Assembly: GCA_009387755.1 (NCBI GenBank)
Contig: GG697240.1
Span: forward strand, 1 to 64,000
DNA length: 64,000 nt
DNA from: Candidatus Micrarchaeum acidiphilum ARMAN-2
Lineage (GTDB): Archaea; Micrarchaeota; Micrarchaeia; Micrarchaeales; Micrarchaeaceae
Reading direction: 5' to 3'
Shown: positions 1 through 8,830 of the stretch, piece after piece
Numbering within the stretch: position 1 is the first letter of the stretch
How the letters are laid out: every line of letters begins with the position of its first letter
Notes under the pieces: generated by a model
The model's input: the letters and a program-made list of their open reading frames with translations, nothing else
The model's database searches: none
What the model was told of the DNA's origin: nothing
Program-made: the position numbers and the translations under genes

Positions 1-1
1 T

Positions 2-706
2 AAAAAATTGAAACAAGTATTTATAAATTTACAAAAAGCCATAAGAGTACAAAATAGACTTGATGAAAAAAAGTTAATAAGTATGGGTTATAAAGGTAAA
101 ATATATAATATACCTCCATTTATAAATATTCCCAAAAAGACCTCCTCTACCAAATCAGAAAGATTTATTGCTCTCTCGGTTAGCCGTTTAAGTATTAAGC
201 ATAAAGGCATAGATTTATTGTGCGAGGTCATAGAAAAGACATTAAACAAGACCGATAAGATCATATTTTATATTGTGGGTTCTGGGGATGACGGCGAAAC
301 ACTAATTAGAAATTTAGAAAATAAGTACCCTAAAAATGTAAAATGGTTTGGGTTTATTGATGAAACTATATTGTACAAAATATATCAAAGATCAAATTTG
401 TTTATCTCAACTTCTCGTGGTGAGAATTTCGGGATTAATGTAGGGGAGGCTCAAATAAGCGGGCTTCCAACAATAGCATTTGATGTTATGGGTTCTCAGG
501 ATATAATAACAAACAAGATTCAGGGCGAATTAATAAAACCGTTTGATGTAAATAAGTTTTCAAATTCAATAATAAAGTTCTATGATTTTTACAATAAAAA
601 CGAAGCTGGATATAAGAACTTAAAAAAGAAAATATCAGATATAAGTATAAAAAGATATAATTATAAACTAATCATAAAACTGCTTATAAAAATGTTTATT
701 GATTGA
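2..706 (+). CDS. Glycosyltransferase family 1 (GT1/GT-B), C-terminal portion; gene probably continues upstream of the window
   Basis: GT1 C-terminal motifs (GENFGINVGEAQISGLPTIAFDVMGSQDII, EX7E-like). Reading frame is open to the window edge. Lies in a ~30% GC island. Confidence 0.7.
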   Translation, partial: KKLKQVFINLQKAIRVQNRLDEKKLISMGYKGKIYNIPPFINIPKKTSSTKSERFIALSVSRLSIKHKGIDLLCEVIEKTLNKTDKIIFYIVGSGDDGETLIRNLENKYPKNVKWFGFIDETILYKIYQRSNLFISTSRGENFGINVGEAQISGLPTIAFDVMGSQDIITNKIQGELIKPFDVNKFSNSIIKFYDFYNKNEAGYKNLKKKISDISIKRYNYKLIIKLLIKMFID

Positions 707-715
707 GGTACTAAA

Positions 716-1411
716 ATGAAGAGAAAACTTTTTATTTATGGTACTATCTTCAATAATTCTTTGTGGGTAAGGGACAGTATAAAAAGTATACAATTGCTAA
801 AACCTGCTGCAATATATATTTGTGATAATTTTTCTACAGATGGAACTTATGAACTATTAAAAAATCTGAATAGAAGATATAAGAATATATATATAGTTAG
901 AGTAAAAAGCAGCAGGGGTAAAGGCCGTCAAGTTGCGCTTGATTTAGTATACAAAGCGTCTAAAAATACTGACTTGGCCATGTATGTTGATTTTGATACA
1001 ATATATAAAAAGCCTTATTTGTTACTTATTCAAAAATTAATTGAAGCAATAAAAGGTAAAGAAGTATCAATAGGCATGCTTGCTACAATTAAAACAAATA
1101 AACTATGTAAATTTAAGAATTTGAATGCCGCAGAAGATGTTGAAAGATACGCCCACTTTATTGCTTTAGGATGTAAACTAATTGATGTTCCCAAAACAGC
1201 TAAACAATATAAAAATCTGGCGACAGAATCAATTAAGGGTAATAGGTTAATATCGCGCGAATTGTACTATTCGAAAAATCCAATCAGGTTGGTAAGGTGG
1301 ACCATTGATTTATATCGCGGGCATGCATACGATAATTATAAAAATGCATTAACTGATAAAGCATCTCAAATTATAAAGTTTATTGACATTTTTGGCTTTT
1401 TTGATGGCTAA
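716..1411 (+). CDS. Glycosyltransferase family 2-like protein
   Basis: N-terminal 'IYICDNFSTDGTYELL' (DxSxDG motif of GT-A/GT2). AT-rich codon usage matches the preceding GT1 gene. Confidence 0.55.
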   Translation: MKRKLFIYGTIFNNSLWVRDSIKSIQLLKPAAIYICDNFSTDGTYELLKNLNRRYKNIYIVRVKSSRGKGRQVALDLVYKASKNTDLAMYVDFDTIYKKPYLLLIQKLIEAIKGKEVSIGMLATIKTNKLCKFKNLNAAEDVERYAHFIALGCKLIDVPKTAKQYKNLATESIKGNRLISRELYYSKNPIRLVRWTIDLYRGHAYDNYKNALTDKASQIIKFIDIFGFFDG

Positions 1412-1531
1412 AGTTATTGGGACTTATAGATATAACGAGAACTTAGATAATCGTAGTTTAATTACACATAAGAGTGAATACCGATTTTTAAAAAAAAGAA
1501 TAACTATTTCTAGTTCCTGCTGGACAACCGC

Positions 1532-2212
1532 ATGGACCTTTTCGAAGGTGTCAAATACGGCATAATAGGAGAGGCGTCTTTCATGGGCTCTAAAATGAAC
1601 ATGCAGACCGCACAGAAAGGTGCCATGAACATCGATATCACCTTTAGGGGCAAGGCTGCCCACGGCTCAAGGCCGTGGCTGGGCGACAACGCGATACTCA
1701 AGGCGATAAAATTTATAGATTCATACCAGCAGGCGGCGGAAAATCTAAAAACTGAAGACAGACTCCTGGGAAAGGGCTCGGTCAACATAGGCACGATAAA
1801 TGGAGGGACTGCCAGCAACGTGGTACCAGATACTTGCAGGGTTGAGGTAGACAGAAGGTTGGTTCCTGGCGAAACTGCTGAAGAGGCGCTGGGGCAGGTT
1901 AAAAGTGTGCTTGAATCTCTCGGGATAAGCGCGGAGATAAGCGTGCCTGTGTCCAGAGGGGCGTATAAGCTTAGGACCGATTCTAAGATACTGGAGATAA
2001 TGAGGCATGCAGCTGGTGAAAACTTCAGTGAAATAGGCGCAACCGGATATACCGAAGCAGAACTTTACAATGCAAGAGCTGGCATAGATTCTGTTGTATT
2101 TGGACCTGGCGAAAAGGAGGTAATCCACCAAGTCGATGAATATGTACCGATAAAGAACCTTCTTGAGGCTGCAAATGTCTACGAGAAGGTAATACGGGAA
2201 TGGTGCTTCTAG
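1532..2212 (+). pseudogene. M20 (ArgE/DapE/CPG2-like) peptidase, 5'-truncated remnant: only the dimerisation and C-terminal catalytic part is present
   Basis: Homology begins at the dimerisation domain ('IIGEAS...ITFRGKAAHGSRPWLGDNAI') and runs to the C-terminal 'GPGE..HQVDEYV'. N-terminal HxD/metal-binding half is absent. Homology starts exactly at the GC-content boundary (~1510). An intact paralog is at 14076-15293. Confidence 0.55.
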
Positions 2213-2317
2213 CCATAAATTGCATAGAGGGCTTTGATTTTACTTCACTACGATTCAACCTTGCACGGAAGCTTCGCCGAATTTATGCGCTTGCAGACGT
2301 TTTGCCTGCCTCCTGAC

Positions 2318-2337
2318 ACATTTGCGCGCGCAAATGT
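2318..2337. promoter_or_regulatory. Perfect 20-bp palindrome ACATTTGCGCGCGCAAATGT, ~60 nt upstream of the EamA transporter gene
   Basis: Read directly from the sequence. Candidate operator for a dimeric regulator, or an RNA hairpin. Confidence 0.3.
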
Positions 2338-2396
2338 ATTTAGGCGCCCGCGTCATAATTTCTGTGAGGATTTGAATCCGCGCCTGCCGTGGTATT

Positions 2397-3236
2397 ATGT
2401 TTTACCTGTATCTTGCCGGTCTTACTGCCGTGCTGTGGTCAATTTCAGGGATAATAATAAAGATGGTGTCATCCAAGTTCGGGAACCTTTTTGCGACCGC
2501 TTTTGTTGGCATTGGAAACGTAATAGTCCTTTCAGCAATAGTGCTGCTGCTGGGCAATTTGGGGATAAGTGCGTATGCCGCCGCGCTCAGCGTTGCTGGC
2601 GGGATAATAACAGGAATAGGATACCTCTTATTCTACAAATCGCTGCAGAGGCAGCAGGCATCAAACACCTTTTCCACAATAGAGATACAGGTCGCAATTT
2701 TATTTCTCTACGGCGTTTTGGTGCTGGGCGAGGCCGTAAGCACCCTAGATGTGCTTGGCATAGTAACCATAGCGCTGGGTACCCTGGCAGTTTCAATAGA
2801 AAAAGCGAGGTTTAACAGGGGGCTTTTGCCTGCAATTGCAGCGCAAGTCTTTTGGGCTCTGGGCTGGATCTTTCTGGTTTACCCCATATCCGTAACACCC
2901 AACCACATACTGCCAAACTTGGTGAGTTTCACTGCAGCGCTCACAATGGTCTGCCTGATACTGCTGGCCTATAAGATTAATAAAAAGTTGGATGCGCATC
3001 CCGATGGCAGGGGGGTGGCGGTCGGTGTATCCGCAGGGCTGTTCTCGGGATCCGGAAACGCAGTATACACGCTGCTAATCTACCTAAAGGAGCTGGCGCT
3101 GAGCGCGCCGATATCCAACAGCAGCCCAATAATAATAGCAGTTATAGCGCACTTCGTCTACAAAGAAAGGTTAAGCACCATCCAGGCCATTGGAATAATT
3201 GCAGTTGTGCTTGGCGCAGTAATTCTAAGTATATGA
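2397..3236 (+). CDS. EamA/DMT-superfamily membrane transporter (about 10 TM helices)
   Basis: Two similar halves of hydrophobic helices. Gly/Ala-rich TM segments typical of EamA domains. Confidence 0.6.
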   Translation: MFYLYLAGLTAVLWSISGIIIKMVSSKFGNLFATAFVGIGNVIVLSAIVLLLGNLGISAYAAALSVAGGIITGIGYLLFYKSLQRQQASNTFSTIEIQVAILFLYGVLVLGEAVSTLDVLGIVTIALGTLAVSIEKARFNRGLLPAIAAQVFWALGWIFLVYPISVTPNHILPNLVSFTAALTMVCLILLAYKINKKLDAHPDGRGVAVGVSAGLFSGSGNAVYTLLIYLKELALSAPISNSSPIIIAVIAHFVYKERLSTIQAIGIIAVVLGAVILSI

Positions 3237-3407
3237 TTCTGCTTATTTTGGGCCTTGCGCTGCGCAAATAGCTGTGTTTATGCCTAGGCGTTGCGTTTCA
3301 GCTTTTAGGGTTCAAGGAAAAATGCAGCCCTGGCCTAAGCCGCAGGATTATTCATCAGCCAGAGGTTGCCATCTGTAGAATTCGCTTTTATGTCCAAGCG
3401 TTGCGAA

Positions 3408-3920
3408 TCAGATACTCGGCAAAATACTGTTCATCGATATGAACTTGTCTCCTACGGTAATGCCCTTTTTGGATATTAGGATTTTTGGCGCTTGAGCTCC
3501 GAGCTTGCTTTCCTTATCTGTCAAAGGCACAAGGTATAATCCGTCTTCGGAGTATACTATTTTGGAATCCACTCTGTAGGTATCCGCGTCGTAGCCACGA
3601 TAGCCGCTTGGGAGTGCCTCGGCCGTCAAGCCCCCGTCCTTTTCAATGACTATTTCTGCCCCATATTCTTCACGTGCGCCTGACCCTCCATAAAAATTGA
3701 TTGAAATTTTAGTAGTTTTGTTAAAAGTGTCAGTAGCACTATCATACCCTGCCCTCTGGCGTGCAGAAATAACCACTTCAGGATATGCAATTACATGGCC
3801 TTCTTCCTCATTAAAGTACAGGCGAAGCTCTGTTTCTGAATCTGTGTCTATTACCTTCTTCTCGGTTTGTTCGCCCCTCAACTTTATATCGGTATTCTTC
3901 CTTACATTCTCTTTATCCAT
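3408..3920 (-). CDS. Hypothetical protein
   Basis: 170-aa ORF with host-like GC. An AT-rich TATA-like promoter region lies just upstream (3921-4003). No recognisable domain. Confidence 0.4.
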   Translation of the reverse strand: MDKENVRKNTDIKLRGEQTEKKVIDTDSETELRLYFNEEEGHVIAYPEVVISARQRAGYDSATDTFNKTTKISINFYGGSGAREEYGAEIVIEKDGGLTAEALPSGYRGYDADTYRVDSKIVYSEDGLYLVPLTDKESKLGAQAPKILISKKGITVGDKFISMNSILPSI

Positions 3921-4003
3921 ATTATCACCAATATCTATGTGCGCAAGGTTATATATATGCCTTTACCATATTATATATATATTTGCATATGTGATATATT
4001 ATT

Positions 4004-4879
4004 ATGGAAAAGCATATCTTCAAATTCGGAAAAAACAGCCTGGCGTTTATAATACCGAAAAAGTGGGCCGACAAATACGGATTGAGGGCGTCCAGCAGGA
4101 TTTTTGTAGGCGAAGACGATGCTGGAAATCTGACCGTCTCCGGGAGCGGAGCTTCGAGGAGCGAAAAGGAAATAGATATCGATAGCAGCATTAGGCCAGA
4201 TGTGCTAAGCAGATGGGTTGGCCTCCACTACATGCAGGGTACGCAAGCACTCAGGATCCATTCATCCGGAGGGATCACTACAGAGCAGGCAATGGCCGTG
4301 GCAAACAGGATAAGCAGCGAGTGCTCCGGCTTCGAGATAACAAGCCAGTCGAGCAGCGATATCATCATAGAAAATTTCTCAGACATGGGTGAAGTCGAAA
4401 TTGACAGGATACTGATGAGGATAGAGGCGCTGATATCGCAGGAGTTTATTGAGCTTGTGAGGGGAAACCCGGATGTTGTTCCTGAAATAGAAAAACTTGT
4501 AAACAGGTTTTACATGCTTGGAATGAGATATACGAATATGGCAAGGTCGCGCAGTTCAATGGCCTATTTTTCAGCCCTGAGCACGCTTGAGGATATTTCA
4601 GACAAGCTTGATGAGGCGAGTAAAATACGCCCCCTGCCACACCAGCTAATGACGGATCTCAAAGATGCATTTTCACTGTGCAATAAGGCAATGTCCGGCG
4701 ATATTAAGTCAATAAACAGAATATTCGAAATCAGGGCAAAGGTACTTGGCGGCATTCCAAAATTGAAATCCGCCGGCGAGGCAGCAGCTCTGCTCGCTTC
4801 GATTGCATATGACACATCAGGATTGGCAGAGCTAGGCCTCATTAAAATCAAGAGCCTGGCAGAAAGCCTGACAAGCTAG
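4004..4879 (+). CDS. AbrB/SpoVT-like N-terminal domain fused to a PhoU-like domain (phosphate-uptake regulator family)
   Basis: N-terminus 'FKFGKNSLAFIIPKKWADKYGL' resembles a swapped-hairpin AbrB domain. The helical remainder resembles archaeal PhoU homologues. AT-rich promoter immediately upstream. Confidence 0.45.
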   Translation: MEKHIFKFGKNSLAFIIPKKWADKYGLRASSRIFVGEDDAGNLTVSGSGASRSEKEIDIDSSIRPDVLSRWVGLHYMQGTQALRIHSSGGITTEQAMAVANRISSECSGFEITSQSSSDIIIENFSDMGEVEIDRILMRIEALISQEFIELVRGNPDVVPEIEKLVNRFYMLGMRYTNMARSRSSMAYFSALSTLEDISDKLDEASKIRPLPHQLMTDLKDAFSLCNKAMSGDIKSINRIFEIRAKVLGGIPKLKSAGEAAALLASIAYDTSGLAELGLIKIKSLAESLTS

Positions 4880-4923
4880 GCTTTGCGCAGGCACACTGCT
4901 TGTGATTAGGCCTGCCGGCTTAA

Positions 4924-5115
4924 TTATATCTTCTTTACCTTCTTTGCCCTTGGGCCTCTTTCAGCCTGCTCGACTTCGTACTCTACTGCGTCGCCAACCG
5001 CCAGTGTTGCTCCGCCTTCAATAGCCGTGCTGTGCACGTATATGTCTTTTCCGTCTTCTCCCGTAATGAATCCGAAACCCCTTTCAGAGTTAAACATTTT
5101 GACTTTTCCTTTCAC
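4924..5115 (-). CDS. cspA: Cold-shock protein (CSD, CspA family)
   Basis: MKGKVKMFNSERGFGFITGEDGKDIYVH...: RNP1/RNP2 motifs (GFGFI, VHS) of the cold-shock domain. Confidence 0.9.
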   Translation of the reverse strand: MKGKVKMFNSERGFGFITGEDGKDIYVHSTAIEGGATLAVGDAVEYEVEQAERGPRAKKVKKI

Positions 5116-5212
5116 AAAACCACTTTTTGTCAGCTATTTATCGAATTTAGGATATAAAATACTTTGTGAAGTCCGCTTTAATCGGTCGTGCTGCATTTTC
5201 GCGGCGCAGGAG

Positions 5213-5932
5213 CTAAAATTTTTTGGCTTTGTGACTAGGCGACGCCTTCATAAACCTTGAGATAATGTATTTTTTGCTGAAGCCTGCTCTGTTAAAGTAC
5301 TCCCATATCTGCGATGGTATCGTAGACGGGTCGGTGCCGTATAGCGGATGGTTTCGCTTTACCGTTGCTTCAAACTCACTGTTTTTAACGTTTTTATAAA
5401 GCGATACAACCAATGCAAGCGACTTGGCCTCCTTGCGGCGAGCCCTTTCCAACTCTGCCTTGCTAAGGCAGGATTCTGCAGGGCTTTCAATTACAACGTA
5501 TCTGCTTCCGAGGGCCTTTCGGAATATGTATGACGCCCTCGGCATGTGGTACGCTACCGCAACCAGCAGTATGCGTTTTGTGCCTCGCATTTTGCGGATT
5601 ATCTTGGAGCTGTACAGAGCGTTTCCTATGGTGTCCATGGACCTTTTCTCGGTGATAAGAGCCGAGGCAGGTGCGCCCAAAGAAACTGCATATCGCCTCA
5701 TGCCCTCCGACTCGGTAAGCCTTGGCTTCCTTCTATGCTTAAAGCTCCAGCCGCCGCTGAAAAGTATCGCCTTGGCCCTGCCTTCCTTGAGCAGCAGAAC
5801 CGCGTGCTCTACAATTTTTTTCGATTCGCAGGTCAGGGAACCGCCTTGGCTGATTTCCTTGCCAAGCGCCACTATTATGGTATTGCCGCGGTATTGCATC
5901 TCCTCCTTACGGACAAAGAGCTTTCTAGCCAT
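5213..5932 (-). CDS. DUF218 (YdcF/ElyC-like) domain protein
   Basis: 'ILFSGGWS...TIGNALYS...LLVAVAYHMPRA' is characteristic of DUF218. Start placed at MARKLF (5932) to avoid overlap with the neighbouring gene. Confidence 0.5.
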   Translation of the reverse strand: MARKLFVRKEEMQYRGNTIIVALGKEISQGGSLTCESKKIVEHAVLLLKEGRAKAILFSGGWSFKHRRKPRLTESEGMRRYAVSLGAPASALITEKRSMDTIGNALYSSKIIRKMRGTKRILLVAVAYHMPRASYIFRKALGSRYVVIESPAESCLSKAELERARRKEAKSLALVVSLYKNVKNSEFEATVKRNHPLYGTDPSTIPSQIWEYFNRAGFSKKYIISRFMKASPSHKAKKF

Positions 5933-5988
5933 GCTGTAATCAATCTTACTTTTTACGATCCGGACGCAGCGGCATCTTCCGTGCACGG

Positions 5989-6939
5989 CTATCTTGTCCT
6001 CAACACTATCCTGGCGTTTGCAGAGTATATCTTCTCTGTCTGGGCATCGTCCAGGGAAAGCTGTTTTATGCTGCCCATTATCCTTTCTGTGCTGCCCCAC
6101 GGGTAGTCAGTCCCGAAAATCACATGGTCAATACCGAAAAAGTCCAATGCGATCCTTAGCCACGGCCACCACATCCCTTCTGCTGTATCGACATAAAGGC
6201 TTTTCAGGACGTCGAGCGGATTCTTCCTGTGGGTTTGTGCATATGTTGCGTCCTGCATCGCAAAATCTGAAATCCTTCCCGCAAGGAGCGGCACTATCGA
6301 GCCCAGGTGATGGACCACCACTTTCAGCCTGTCGTGCTTTTCGAGCACTCCGGACCTGAAAAGCCTGAATAGTGCAAGCGTCGTGTCCATGTCCCATCCA
6401 AGCGCTATGTCCGCATTGTAATCCTTAAGCCATGGATATGAATTTGCCATAAATGTCGGGTGTATCCAAAGTCCGGATCCTATGGATTCCAGGACCGAGT
6501 AAAATCCATCCAGCTCCGGTCCGTCTATGGGCTTGCCGTTGACATTAGACACTACCTGTATGCCGGAAAGCCCGAGGTCGTGAATGCACCTCTTCGCTTC
6601 ATCAGCTGCGAAACCAGGATCAGAAAGCGAGACCGTGCCTATCCCAAGGAACCTGTCTTTGTACTTTTCAACAAGGCTTCTTATGCCGTTGTTGGCCTCT
6701 ACGGTTATATGCTTTGTAGACTTTTCGTCTAGGCCCAGCCCATCGATCGCAGGCATGGCAAGAGAGAGCACTTCTTGATCTATGCCTAGCCTGTCCATTA
6801 CAGACAGCCTGTATTCCACATCGCGCAGTGCCCTGAGGGAATTCGCCATGTTTTTTACCATGTCTGGAATGCTTCCCATGGCATTGATATATTCATCCGG
6901 ATATATGTGGTTGAATATGTCAATTTTCATAATAAGCAT
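5989..6939 (-). CDS. Amidohydrolase-2 family metal-dependent hydrolase (ACMSD-like TIM barrel)
   Basis: N-terminus 'MKIDIFNHIYP' (iDxHxH-type motif) and 'WGSTERIMG'. TATA-like CTTATAAATTTAG about 15 nt upstream of the MLIMK start. Confidence 0.6.
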   Translation of the reverse strand: MLIMKIDIFNHIYPDEYINAMGSIPDMVKNMANSLRALRDVEYRLSVMDRLGIDQEVLSLAMPAIDGLGLDEKSTKHITVEANNGIRSLVEKYKDRFLGIGTVSLSDPGFAADEAKRCIHDLGLSGIQVVSNVNGKPIDGPELDGFYSVLESIGSGLWIHPTFMANSYPWLKDYNADIALGWDMDTTLALFRLFRSGVLEKHDRLKVVVHHLGSIVPLLAGRISDFAMQDATYAQTHRKNPLDVLKSLYVDTAEGMWWPWLRIALDFFGIDHVIFGTDYPWGSTERIMGSIKQLSLDDAQTEKIYSANARIVLRTR

Positions 6940-7042
6940 TGGCGAATCTAAATTTATAAGCATTATCGCTGTTTTGCCGCATATGCATTGTATGGATGCA
7001 GGCACAGCACTATACATAAATATCTATTGATAAAATTGATAT

Positions 7043-7423
7043 GTGATTGATATGGAAAGGATTGAAATGTGCCCAACACTCGAAGTGCTCCACTTATTGG
7101 GGAGAAAGTGGGCCGTTCCAGTGCTTGACGAAATATATTTTTCAGAGAAATACGCAAGATTCAACGATATGGCGAGCTCTCTGCACCCAATAACTCCGAG
7201 AGAGCTGAACCTTATGCTATTAAAGCTGGTTGATTCCGGCATTGTAGAAAAGGTTGATCTTCGCGGGAAAACCGCCTACACCCTGACAAAAAGAGGCGTA
7301 CTAGTGCACGATCTAATAAAAGCCATAAAACGTCAGGGCAACAAGTTAGGAAATGAAGGGTACGACTGCGTGAACACGAGGTGCAGTCAGTGCGCGCAGT
7401 TCAAAGTCTGCCTTAACGAATAG
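7043..7423 (+). CDS. HxlR-family winged-helix transcriptional regulator with a Cys-rich C-terminal tail
   Basis: 'CPTLEVLHLLGRKWAVPVLDEI' is the HxlR signature. C-terminal CVNTRCSQCAQFKVC. Confidence 0.7.
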   Translation: MIDMERIEMCPTLEVLHLLGRKWAVPVLDEIYFSEKYARFNDMASSLHPITPRELNLMLLKLVDSGIVEKVDLRGKTAYTLTKRGVLVHDLIKAIKRQGNKLGNEGYDCVNTRCSQCAQFKVCLNE

Positions 7424-7448
7424 CCAGTCTGCGCTGGCATACTGCAGA

Positions 7449-8270
7449 TTATGCACGATTCTTAATTATATGTTCAATCCCAAAAGCGGTAACCGACATA
7501 GTTGCGAGCTCAACCGCGTTTTTGAGCGCTGACTCTGGGCCTGCTCCCGCTGCGGTTTGGGCCATAAATGCCCCTCCGAGTATGTCTCCGGAACCGCTTT
7601 TTTCCACCTGCTTTACTCTTGGTGCCTGCGCATGGAATGCAGTGCCTTTGCCAGAGTACACTGCCCCGTACCTGCCGAGCTTGTAGACAAACGCCTTGCT
7701 TTCTAGCAGTGGCTTGTCAATAAGCCTAAATTCGTTCATGTCAAAGAAAAGCACGTCGGCAACTGCCATTGCGGCAGATATTTCTGCGTGCCTGCTCACC
7801 AGGTACTCTTTTACAGTGTCAATGCCTATCACAGCGCCTTTCACCGTGGACCTGATGTAGGACGCCACATCGCCTTGCTTTTTTGGGTCCGTAGTTGCTA
7901 TGTAGTAATATTTACACTTCAGATAATGCTCAGGAATCATCCGGATCGAAAATCTTTCGCGCACACCCGGAAAAATCTGGATGTCCCGCTTATAGCCGTC
8001 CTTGGCGTATTTGCACACGCACAAGAAGCTGCTTCCCGGTGAAGTTTGAACGCCTTCTGTGTCTGCGCCAAGGAGTGCAAGTTTGCCCATGTCATAATCG
8101 CTACCTACTATTGAGAGCAGTCCTACCCTGTCCGAGAACCTCGAGGCACCAGCTGCAGCATAATATGCAGATCCGCCCTGCATTTTCATGTTGATATCCG
8201 GTGCATGCAGTTCGTCATAGCCCAGGTCTCCGAATATCACAAGTTCTGGCGCTTTTTTAACTTCGTCCAT
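7449..8270 (-). CDS. PfkB/ribokinase-family sugar or metabolite kinase
   Basis: C-terminal 'KSGSGDILGGAF' matches PfkB signature 2. N-terminal GG dipeptide region. Last gene of an overlapping four-gene operon. Confidence 0.7.
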   Translation of the reverse strand: MDEVKKAPELVIFGDLGYDELHAPDINMKMQGGSAYYAAAGASRFSDRVGLLSIVGSDYDMGKLALLGADTEGVQTSPGSSFLCVCKYAKDGYKRDIQIFPGVRERFSIRMIPEHYLKCKYYYIATTDPKKQGDVASYIRSTVKGAVIGIDTVKEYLVSRHAEISAAMAVADVLFFDMNEFRLIDKPLLESKAFVYKLGRYGAVYSGKGTAFHAQAPRVKQVEKSGSGDILGGAFMAQTAAGAGPESALKNAVELATMSVTAFGIEHIIKNRA

Positions 8271-8296
8271 AGGTTCCGCCTTTCAGGTCATGCGGT

Positions 8297-8830
8297 TCAT
8301 TCGTCAAACTTTAAGGTTTTAAAGCTTTTCAAATCCATGCCGTGCATGGCGTAGACCTTTTCCCAGCTTATATTCCCAAGCTCCCTTCCAGCTATTCCTA
8401 TCTCAGATATGGCCGACCGCACCTCTCTTTCGGACTTTGCCTCGACTTCAGCTACCGGCTTAAGCTTCGGCCATTCGTTTATGGTTATCTCTGCATTTTT
8501 GTAGATGTAAGTATATCTGACGTTTTCCTGATACAGCCCGTCGCCCAGTGCTTTCTGGAATATCTTTACGGCGGTGTCAAAGTCTTCAACAGCGGTTTCC
8601 AGCTCTTCGGTATTGGCGAGGCCGCTGCCGGTCCTGTACTTGTAGGTGACTGTGGCGGTTTTTCCGTCGGTCCTCACGCGTATGAATCTGTCCTCGTTTT
8701 CGGCCTTCTTTAAAGCGAAGACCCACCTTTTTTGCAGTGTCTTGCCAGCGAATTTAGCGCCGTTTTTTTCCAACTTTGCAATCAGGCCGTCCTTGTCTAT
8801 GTCGATTATCTTAGTTTCAATTTCGATCAT
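8297..8830 (-). CDS. CYTH-domain protein (triphosphate tunnel metalloenzyme; CyaB / thiamine-triphosphatase-like)
   Basis: N-terminal 'MIEIETKI' (ExExK motif) with alternating acidic and basic beta-strands. Overlaps the upstream gene by 4 nt. Confidence 0.65.
   Translation of the reverse strand: MIEIETKIIDIDKDGLIAKLEKNGAKFAGKTLQKRWVFALKKAENEDRFIRVRTDGKTATVTYKYRTGSGLANTEELETAVEDFDTAVKIFQKALGDGLYQENVRYTYIYKNAEITINEWPKLKPVAEVEAKSEREVRSAISEIGIAGRELGNISWEKVYAMHGMDLKSFKTLKFDE

Noticed and set aside
5933-6100. Cys-rich 56-aa N-terminal extension of the DUF218 ORF in the track
   Set aside because: The extension would overlap the 3' end of the amidohydrolase gene by >100 nt. An internal ATG (MARKLF) gives a normal-length DUF218 protein.
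5424-6106. Plus-strand ORFs of 171 aa and 186 aa overlapping the DUF218 and amidohydrolase genes
   Set aside because: Antisense to genes with clear family signatures. Ala/Arg/Ser/Leu-rich composition typical of a spurious frame in ~50% GC DNA.
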